DNA of 53,022 bases, counting the filler, from Stramenopiles sp. TOSAG23-6 (lineage: Eukaryota): NCBI GenBank assembly GCA_900128565.1. It is 3 parts of 3 records of this genome, joined end to end, with 100 filler letters (N's around TTAATTAATTAA, not from the genome) between each part and the next. Parts side by side here need not be neighbours in the genome. Positions count along the whole stretch, not along the records: positions 17,835 to 35,406 come from LT636077.1; 2 more parts are not named here. One strand, written 5' to 3'. The notes under the pieces were generated by a model that ran no database searches, was not told where the DNA came from, and worked only from the letters and a program-made list of their open reading frames with translations. A program made the translations under genes and the position numbers. Within the stretch, counting starts at the first letter, position 1, and the number at the start of each line of letters is the position of its first letter. This document shows, in pieces, positions 22,044 to 31,000 of the stretch.

Positions 22044-24377
22044 TTATTCATCCTTGCACTGCCAAGTAAGCCTTTTAGGGACACTAGTTTCTAGGTTACC
22101 ATTTATTAGAGAGTTGACAATAGGTGTATCTTTCTTNGTCGGATCTTCGGTAGATAAAAATTTNAGATACTGTAATTTGTATAATTCAAGAAACTGCTTA
22201 AACGACATTTCAACAGCCAATCTATTCAACATCCATCTAGACAGNGACACATCAATCCCAAGAAGAAATACATCGTTACTTTGAGACACTAATATTTTAG
22301 CACTGGAATTTTCTTCTTTGGGGAATTTCCCGAATTTTCTTTTGTATTTATTCATAAAAGTTACTGAGTTTTTTTCATACTCGTTCGCAGGGCAATCCAA
22401 ACGGACAACGCCATCTAACACCGNCCTCCCATTGAGTAATCGTGTCGACGAAACTGTGTGACCTACTATCATAAAACCAGCACCTAGCTGCTTCAGTGTA
22501 TCAGCTAATTGATTGCATCTATGACGCTGTGATGAATTGTAACCATCATAGTATTGTCCTTTAATCATGTCATCATCGGGCATTTTGGTTANATAAGCCC
22601 TTACCCATAGAGGATTATCGTATACAGGAAAATAACCACCTACATTCCATTCAGCAACAGGAGGTAGATTTGACCCACCCAAACTATTCCCAGAAATTTC
22701 TGTAAGTCGTTTATACATTTCTAGATTAATAATGTCCATACAACTATCATTTATAGTTTCAGTACCGCACAAATGCTCTACGAAGCGAGGCTCAATGCCA
22801 CCATGAGTAAAAATACCAACAGACAAGTAATCATCGTCATTCACAGGTATCACCAAACTATCACCAATGGATGTTGTTCTTAATCTTGGCAGCATATTCT
22901 TTACATCGATTCTTGCAACCGTAGGTCTCTGCAAAATAAATGCCATATTTTGTTCAAGCCATTTGGTCCTCGCAGCTCGTTCCCCAGGCCCACTACAAAC
23001 GCACAAATCATCTTCTGAACGTGTTTTATCTTTAGAAGATACAAACTCATAAAAAGGGCCAAATGGTTCTCGAGTACCATCTTGAAATATATTGACCTCC
23101 TCGTGATTGCCTAGAAGGAAATGAAAACGACCCTTATGTTCGCCTTCTAAAGATATTAGACATTCTTCTAGCTCGAAGATTGTTTGGTCATATGGTCCCC
23201 GATCAAATGTATCTCCTACTTGAACAAGTGATACATTGAATAAAGAGGAAACACAATAGACTTCGTCATGTTCCGCAGCAAAATCAATCACAGCTTCTGG
23301 TGTAACGCCCCGCTTCGCCTTTAATCGTGTGTCGCCTTCATGTGCTGGAGAATCAATAAAGCTACGATACATTGCCAAATAGTAGTCTCTATTTGTCACT
23401 GCGGCGGCTACACAGCAACCTTTTTCAGGAGTACAACTTTCACGTTGACTTTCTTCAGAACAGGTTGAACTATGTGCAAGATTTGAAGACTCCAGCAAGC
23501 GGAGGAACACGTGAAAGTCGCCATGAATATCCCCGAGGGCAACAACATTTTGGGTATCTTCTGCAAGTACAACACGGGAGGGTGGTTCCATCAATGTTGG
23601 TATGGATGTGAAGGTCAGTTTTGAGTAAAAAAAACCAATATCCTCCGGGTACATACGGGGTTGACAAATTTTAAATTCACTCTGATTAGCTCTCTTCCAA
23701 TTGTAGTCAATATTTCCACCTCTAATAACGAGGTTTGCCGCGATGAATCTTATGATANTATGGTTATCTTTATCCTTAGAAAAGAAGTCGAGTCCTCCTT
23801 GAAGAAAGAAGTCGAGTCCTCCATTACTTTCTTCTTTTGATACCTCACTGTTTATTAGTGCGCGAGGACAAGTCTCACAAATCAAACCATTCCACCATTT
23901 GCCCTCAACACAATGACAATAAGGACTGCTAGAAATTCCATGACCTTGTGTCACACCTTTATGAACTTTGCAAAAATACCAGTTCTTACTTTCAGGTATT
24001 GGTGCTGGATACACTTCGTGTTCAGTTTCGCAGTCACCGAACCTTTCTCTATAAACGTGAACAACAAGCTCATCCCAAATTTCGTTCTCAGTATATCTAG
24101 AGCCATGTCCACTAAGGATACTTGACCAGATAGTTGAATCTATTGAAATTTCTTCGTCGCACAAGCTTTGAAGTTTATTTTGTTCGGGAAGCGAGAGTTT
24201 TTGGAATGATTCATCTAAAGATAGTTTCTTCGAAGCTTTGAATAAACTTTTAAAAGGGTCGCTACTCTCTAACTCTTCGGCAATTGGTCGCAAACTAGTA
24301 TACGTGGATCCATCTGAAGCTGACTTTACGATAACAAATGATGAACAAATGATTATTGTGGTATAAATCCCAAGCAT
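22044..24377 (-). CDS. Calcineurin-like metallophosphoesterase, Shewanella-like PPP type, with signal peptide
   Basis: GDIHGD, QVGDTFDRG, LGNHE, FTHGG, PLWVR, MIVGHT, IDVxLSR; hydrophobic N-terminus and Cys-rich segment. Confidence 0.8.
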   Translation of the reverse strand: MLGIYTTIIICSSFVIVKSASDGSTYTSLRPIAEELESSDPFKSLFKASKKLSLDESFQKLSLPEQNKLQSLCDEEISIDSTIWSSILSGHGSRYTENEIWDELVVHVYRERFGDCETEHEVYPAPIPESKNWYFCKVHKGVTQGHGISSSPYCHCVEGKWWNGLICETCPRALINSEVSKEESNGGLDFFLQGGLDFFSKDKDNHXIIRFIAANLVIRGGNIDYNWKRANQSEFKICQPRMYPEDIGFFYSKLTFTSIPTLMEPPSRVVLAEDTQNVVALGDIHGDFHVFLRLLESSNLAHSSTCSEESQRESCTPEKGCCVAAAVTNRDYYLAMYRSFIDSPAHEGDTRLKAKRGVTPEAVIDFAAEHDEVYCVSSLFNVSLVQVGDTFDRGPYDQTIFELEECLISLEGEHKGRFHFLLGNHEEVNIFQDGTREPFGPFYEFVSSKDKTRSEDDLCVCSGPGERAARTKWLEQNMAFILQRPTVARIDVKNMLPRLRTTSIGDSLVIPVNDDDYLSVGIFTHGGIEPRFVEHLCGTETINDSCMDIINLEMYKRLTEISGNSLGGSNLPPVAEWNVGGYFPVYDNPLWVRAYXTKMPDDDMIKGQYYDGYNSSQRHRCNQLADTLKQLGAGFMIVGHTVSSTRLLNGRXVLDGVVRLDCPANEYEKNSVTFMNKYKRKFGKFPKEENSSAKILVSQSNDVFLLGIDVXLSRWMLNRLAVEMSFKQFLELYKLQYXKFLSTEDPXKKDTPIVNSLINGNLETSVPKRLTWQCKDE

Positions 24378-24506
24378 TCTATTTTATATAGAGTATCTAC
24401 GGTATTTTGTGGTATGAGAATTTAAAGGAATTGGTTTTTTTGCTACCTGGGTTTGTACAAAAGCCAATTATTTTCGCCAATTTATGTCTTCAAATTTGAC
24501 CTAAAA

Positions 24507-24522
24507 CTAACCCTAACCCTAA
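24507..24522. promoter_or_regulatory. Telomere-like motif in the divergent phosphatase/CIA1 promoter
   Basis: CTAACCCTAACCCTAA. Confidence 0.45.
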
Positions 24523-24671
24523 TCGATCATCGTCAAGAGCAAAGTCAGTCACTCAATGATAACTAATTTGCTTGCACTGTATCAGACTTTTTCAAACATA
24601 AACAAACACTAGCTCTGGCGCACCTATACTAGTCAGGTGTTATCTAAATATATTTTGTTTGTATTCTAAGT

Positions 24672-25799
24672 ATGGAAGTAAAAAAAAAGCTAATAGAGGT
24701 TGCTTTACTTGAAGGTCATGACGAAAAGGTATGGTGTGTAGCATGGTCACCACACGGGAAGATGATAGCATCTTGTAGTAGTGACCAAACAGTACGAATA
24801 TGGTCACGTGGTGTGACTGCGGCTGACTGGAAGTGTGTTGATGTACTTGATGATGGTCACACAAGAACCATACGATCTGTGAGTTGGTCCCCCTCCGGAA
24901 TTGCGATTGCTACGTGTAGTTTTGACGGAACAGTATGCGTGTATGAAAATTTAAATGGTGAGGGTTTCCAGAACGTCGCTGTATTAGAAGGACACGACAA
25001 TGAAGTCAAATGTGTCTCTTGGAGTCCATCTGGTGGTTTGCTGGCAACGTGTGGGCGCGATAAATCTGTGTGGGTTTGGGAAGCAGCTGAAGTTGATGAA
25101 GAGGATGAGAAATTTGAGTGCATTTGTATCTGCACAGAACACACGCAAGATGTTAAATATATTGTTTGGGGTACTGGTCCCTCGGAAGGGTCCGAAGAAG
25201 AGCAATTATTTTCAGCTAGTTATGATAACACTATTAAAGTGTGGCAAGAGCATTCAGATGATTGGGTCTGTGCACACACACTAAATGGCCATACATCGAC
25301 TGTTTGGGCTCTTGACGTGGAACCATCACCTATAGAAGTAAGTAGTTGTGTACCTGTCGAAAGTACATCTAGGTTAGTTTCGTGTAGTGATGACAAAAGT
25401 ATAATTATTTGGAAATATTTCAAGGATGTAATGGGCACCGCGGGAAGAAGTAGTGCCTGGAAAAAGGTTGCAGTTATACCAGAACATGCTCAAAGATCGA
25501 TTTATAGTGTTTCGTGGTCTGCTTATTCTGGCGCAATCGTTACAGGTGCTGGTGATAATGCAATACGCATAATTGAGCAAACATATTGTGAAAGCCTTGG
25601 CCAAAACGATATAACTAATGTTGAGAATCAAGACAAAGAAACATGGATAAAAACTGCTGAAAAAAAAGAAGCCCACTCAGGAGATGTAAATTGTGTAAAG
25701 TGGTCTCCAGTTTCGGAAACTAAGGGGAAACAATTGTTAGCTTCTTGTGGAGATGACTGCAATGTACGTGTTTGGTCGTACTGTAGTTCAGTCTCTTAA
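24672..25799 (+). CDS. CIAO1: Cytosolic Fe-S assembly WD40 protein CIA1
   Basis: HTRTIRSVSWSP, LEGHDNEVKCVSW, LATCGRDKSVWVWE, HTQDVK, SASYDNTIK, AHSGDVNCVKW. Confidence 0.95.
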   Translation: MEVKKKLIEVALLEGHDEKVWCVAWSPHGKMIASCSSDQTVRIWSRGVTAADWKCVDVLDDGHTRTIRSVSWSPSGIAIATCSFDGTVCVYENLNGEGFQNVAVLEGHDNEVKCVSWSPSGGLLATCGRDKSVWVWEAAEVDEEDEKFECICICTEHTQDVKYIVWGTGPSEGSEEEQLFSASYDNTIKVWQEHSDDWVCAHTLNGHTSTVWALDVEPSPIEVSSCVPVESTSRLVSCSDDKSIIIWKYFKDVMGTAGRSSAWKKVAVIPEHAQRSIYSVSWSAYSGAIVTGAGDNAIRIIEQTYCESLGQNDITNVENQDKETWIKTAEKKEAHSGDVNCVKWSPVSETKGKQLLASCGDDCNVRVWSYCSSVS

Positions 25800-26224
25800 G
25801 ATGAAACGGGTATATTAAATTAAAGTATTGTTTGTGATTTATGGTCTTTCCTTTTTACTTGTGTAATTTTCATAAAATGTTTTACGCAATTTAAAAATTC
25901 AACCACTGAAAGAAATGCTCAGAGAGCACAATTTATTTGTATGCATTATTTATTTTTTTTATAATTTTTGAAGGAATATAAATAGCAAGGGATCACTTCG
26001 TACAGATTCCATCAATGGAAAGGATTCAATGAAGAGAAAGTAAGAACATATTTAAAAAATGTTTCAAAACAAGTTCTATATGAATCACGTCCAAACTGCA
26101 ACAAAAAGATCATATCACGATAATAATTTAATCTCTGTACTACTTAGCATCAATGATCACATTGCTAGTGTGAATCACATCATACATCCAAGCGCAGAGT
26201 ATCACTGTGGTATTTAAATTCGCT

Positions 26225-26605
26225 TTAGATGAGCAAACGTTCAATGGAGTCCTTCAATGAACGAATTTGAGTAGCGAGTTGTGAACCTTCGTTGGAGGTA
26301 ATTGAACAAGCAATTACTGGGCGAGATACACCACAAGCACGACCGAGAGCAACTTTAGAAGGAACAAATACATATGGGACATTTTTGTCTTCGCAAAGGA
26401 GTGGTAAATGGAGAAGAATAGCAAGAGGTTCAGTGTCAGCAGCCATGACAATGAACTCACTGATACCACGGTTCAATGTTTTGGTACTTTCGTTAGCTCC
26501 CTTCTTAAGCTGCTTGTAATTAGCAGCTTGTTGGGTCAAATCAAGAATTGTGGTGGTAAGACTTGCGTCTGCCAAAGGATATGCGCGTGGATCAACTTTA
26601 ACCAT
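26225..26605 (-). CDS. SNU13: U4/U6 and box C/D snoRNP protein Snu13 (15.5K)
   Basis: [55 protein letters not shown]. Confidence 0.97.
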   Translation of the reverse strand: MVKVDPRAYPLADASLTTTILDLTQQAANYKQLKKGANESTKTLNRGISEFIVMAADTEPLAILLHLPLLCEDKNVPYVFVPSKVALGRACGVSRPVIACSITSNEGSQLATQIRSLKDSIERLLI

Positions 26606-26799
26606 TTTTCTGTTGTTATCTTGACGAGTCGAATATACTGGTGCAAGAGTAACAACGGGGGAAGCAGGTCATTTTCTTAAAATTTCTCAAAATCGAACTG
26701 ACTTGAAATATTGCGCGAGTCAGTTTTTTGTTCTTTGTGGCCGTCCTGTTGTTTCTGTGGCTTTGTTGTTTGTTTTCTCACGAGATTCATTCACTCAAG

Positions 26800-27065
26800 G
26801 TAAGTAATCTGCATTTCTATGTGTTAATAACTGTGTCTATCATCTATTTTATCCAATGATTTTTGTGTCCGTCTATTGAAGTGTCCCATTTTCCATAAAA
26901 ACGCATACTCCACAAACCATTAGCGCCGGCCGCAATCACTTTTGCCGAGACTGGGGATATGAGCTTTTGTGCCAGGCCTCTATGTGTATTTCAGTTATAC
27001 ATAAGCCTGGCACAGCGAACGAATTACTCACAANCAATCTAATTTGACTATAACTCACACTACAG
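26800..27065 (+). other. Canonical GT-AG 5'-UTR intron of RPL13A (266 nt)
   Basis: CAAG|GTAAGT..CTAAT..CACTACAG|TTCAAAATG; Inr-like TCATTC just upstream. Confidence 0.75.
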
Positions 27066-27071
27066 TTCAAA

Positions 27072-27650
27072 ATGTATTCCAACGAGATTATTATTGACGC
27101 TAAAGGTCACCTTCTCGGGCGCCTTGCATCCATTGTTGCTAAGGAGCTCCTCAACGGTCAGCGTGTTACGCTCGTCCGTTGCGAAGGCATTCTCATGTCT
27201 GGTTCACCTGTGCGTACCAAAATGCGTTTTGCTCGTTTCTTGAAGAAGCGTACCAACACCAACCCAAAAAAAGGTCCTATTCACCACCGATCCCCAGCTA
27301 AGGTCTTCTACCGCTGCGTCCGTGGTATGGTCCCACATAAGATGAAACGTGGAGAGTGTGCTATGTCTCGCCTCACTTGTTTTGAAGGTGTTCCATCACC
27401 ATATGACAAGAAGAAGCGTGTTGTAGTCCCAAAAGCTCTCAAGGTTATCCGCATGGAGAAGTCCCGTAACTTCACCTGCCTTGGTGACCTCTGCAATAAC
27501 TTTGGCTGGAAACATGCTTCCCTTGTACAGCGCCTTGAAGCTAAGCGCATCAGCCGTGGTAATGCTTACCATGCTGCTAAGACTGCTAAAGCAAAGAAGG
27601 TTCCAACTGAAACCAGTGTTGACGCTAAGCTTGCCACTTTCGGTTATTAA
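27072..27650 (+). CDS. RPL13A: 60S ribosomal protein L13a (uL13)
   Basis: IDAKGHLLGRLASIVAKELLNGQ, TNPKKGPIH, RGMVPHK, FEGVPSPYDKKKR. Confidence 0.97.
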   Translation: MYSNEIIIDAKGHLLGRLASIVAKELLNGQRVTLVRCEGILMSGSPVRTKMRFARFLKKRTNTNPKKGPIHHRSPAKVFYRCVRGMVPHKMKRGECAMSRLTCFEGVPSPYDKKKRVVVPKALKVIRMEKSRNFTCLGDLCNNFGWKHASLVQRLEAKRISRGNAYHAAKTAKAKKVPTETSVDAKLATFGY

Positions 27651-28059
27651 ATTCTTTATATTAAGTTTATAGTCGATGAGCTTTTTACACGGAGGCTGTG
27701 CATTAATACGGTGCTTTTTTTCGTGTAGTTAGTGTATTGACTATATATTTTATAATAGTCTTTTTTGAATGAACTTGAACTCGACAAAAATGTTTTTTAT
27801 TGTTATTTATTATATTATTATTATTTCAATGTGTCTTTTATTGTCATTCAAACTATACATTTTCATCATTTATTTTTTGTATGNTTTTTTTTTTNTTTTT
27901 CTGGAATTTGGAGCAGGTTTGCGCGAAATTATTGAAACTGTCGAATTGACTTGCAGGTCATTTTTGTGACTATATTTGTATGTGATGATAAATGTTACAT
28001 TTTTAACGTGGTTCAGGATGAGACTTATTTCAAAGTAGCCAATATTTCCTATCACCACG

Positions 28060-31000
28060 ATGGCTGACGATTCTGGATATGCTGAAGGTAACTTCAATTA
28101 TTATGAGGAAAAGGTGTCAGCATACCAAGGAAACGGTGGTGGCTATGATAGTGTTGGTTACGACGATACCACAGCTGCGTATGACAGTATGTATGATGAT
28201 ACAGTTGGTGGCGGCTATGAAACAGGTGGTGGCGGTGGCTATGATACAGGAGATAGTGGTGGTTATGATACAGGTGCAGGTGGTGGTTATGATACAGGTG
28301 ATGGCTATGATACAGGTTATGATACNGGTGACGGTGCCGTTTATGATACAGGTGGTTATGACACAACCGCAGGATATGATAGTGTGTATGATGGTGCAGA
28401 TGTGTATGATACTGATACTGTTGCATATGATAGTACATATAATACGATACCGTATGATAGTGACGTACAATATCCATATACAAGTCAAGATGATGATATT
28501 GTTTCATCAAGTCCTTGGACTGAATATTGGGACGAAAATGGACAGGCATTTTATTGGTATAACAACCAAACTGGAGAATCTACATACGACAATCCATTCA
28601 CAACTATGCTAAAGACTGCCGAGACCAGTGAAGAGTTTGAAAGTGATGACAATAAGTTAGAAGTACGCATTCGTGCTCAAGAAGCTCAATCTATGGTCTT
28701 CAAAACTTCAAAAAATATTGTCGATAAAACGANTGCTACAGTTCGTAATATGGAGGATTCTGAGAGAAACATTCGAATACCTCATAACATTCCTTTATTT
28801 ATGCAGGAAGAACAAGTANATGGTAGTGAGGATCCTAGATGTCTCTGGTCATTTGAGAATTTCAATATGGATGGATTAGATTTAAATTTTGAAATACTCG
28901 ACACAAAAAGATTCATTGGTGGACATGAGTGCAAAATAAAAGTAGAAATATATTTGCAGGATGAAAAGGCGCAGCTAGTTTTTAAATTGAAAGATGCATT
29001 TCTTCGAAGTCATAGCTGCAAACTATATAAAGAAGAAATCGAAGCGGTCACAATGTTTCAAGATCCAGATTTAACTTTACCGGGNCTACAATGGGAACTA
29101 ATACATAAGTTGTGCGATATGTTAACATTTACATCTTCCAAGAATGATCAAAAGAAAAAACGATTAGTCGTGCAAAGTATGTCTTATGGNCCCAATATAG
29201 AGCGCAATGAATCAAAAGATGAATCAAAAGGCGATGTACAAATAGAAGACCATGAAGGTCAATTTAATAGAAAAAAACAAGTTCCTGAAAACGATGTACA
29301 AATAGAAGACTATGAAGGTCAATTAGATAGAAAAAAACAATTTCTTGCAAATAAAATGCTTACAGTGGAAGAGAAGGCACTAAAAAGGTGGGTGCGATGC
29401 TGGGATAATACAAATAGTGCATACTATTTCTACAATCTAGATTCAAATGAAAGTTCGTGGGATCCACCAGAAGGATGGTCTGATGACTGTAAGGCTAGTA
29501 GCGAAATATTTGTAAAAGCATGTTTGCGTCTCCAAGCGTGTATACGTGCGTTTCGGACGCGTAAAAAGAAAGCTGAGCTTTGGGAGTATAAACAAGAGAT
29601 NAGGTCACAGCGACTTGGTATATCAGAAGTAATCTTGGGTTTGGGTGGGGATAGCAAGAATGGTCAATATGAAACACGTTCAGTTCGCACAAAGTCAGAT
29701 GTATCGAAAAATGAAACAGTGCCGAGATTGGAGCCACATATATATGAGAATGATCCTCGACTTCATTGGGGACTACAAAATTTTTCCGGTACATTTTTTT
29801 TGTTGGAAACAAAAAGATTCATTGCTGGAATGGAGGTCAATCTTTCATTGGAGATGATATTGAATAAGCTTGTTTTTACCATTACAGATCAATATTTGAA
29901 GGTTTTTACCCTGAAAATTCTCAAATGGGAAATAGAAGAACTAATAAAAGACGACTGGCCAGATTTACTCTGGCCAGATTCTCGATGGCTTATGGTTCAC
30001 AAGTTATGTGATATGGTGACATTTGTTGTCGGAAAGCAAGACAGGCGTAAAAGAAAACCATGTTTTCAGCACATACAACATGAACGAGAACAAGGTTCAT
30101 TACGAAAGAGTAACAAGCTCTCGTCTGTTGGTGGGCGTTTTCCATTAGCAGAAAATATCGATACCAAAGAGGTACAAGTTGAGAAGAAACAAAAAGACAC
30201 ACTAATTGATACGAAAGCCACGGTACATGTAGCCCAAAAGGAAATGAAAATGACATCAAGAAAGAGCAAAATAAATCAAGATGATAAGACCTTAACAACT
30301 AATTTTACTATAGTGATACATCGTGTACCAGCTGGAAATAAAGGTCTTTTGATCCATGCCCGAAATAATGAAACTATTCAAGTCACCACGCTACAAGTGG
30401 ATCGCAAGGCTGTTAGTCAAGCTTTGGACATTTCTGTCCTTGAAGCCGCCTTGCTTGAAAAGACGGATATTGTCAATAAAAAAAGCCAGAAACATTTGAA
30501 AATGCTTGTGGATATGGCTGTTCTTCGAGCAAACCCATTTGATAGACGTAAGAATATAATTTGNCTTATCTCGAAAGAAAAACAAATTGCAGAACAAAAA
30601 GCAGCTGAAGCTGAAAAACTTGAGAAGCAAAAACGGATCGAGGAAACCAAAGCCNCTCCTTTAAGGCTCGCTGGCGTAGGTTTGGATGGTATTAAAAAAA
30701 AAAGTTATTTATCTAAATTTCGCATGGCAGCTACTTTAGCAAGAACAATGCGCAAGCCTCTCACAAAAGAAGAAAAACTTGCCCTAGCGGAGCAAAAGCG
30801 CAAAAAACGTCTTGCTAATGAAATGGCATTTCGAATGTTGGGTAAATCATTGTATAATAAATGGTTGAAGAAAGATGACTTTAATTTACTAGAAAGAGCT
30901 TTTAAATCATATGAGAAAGGAATGGCATCCATAGAAAGTGCAACAAACCCAAAAAACTTATATGCTTTATCTAGAGTATATATGGCATACGCTAGTTACC

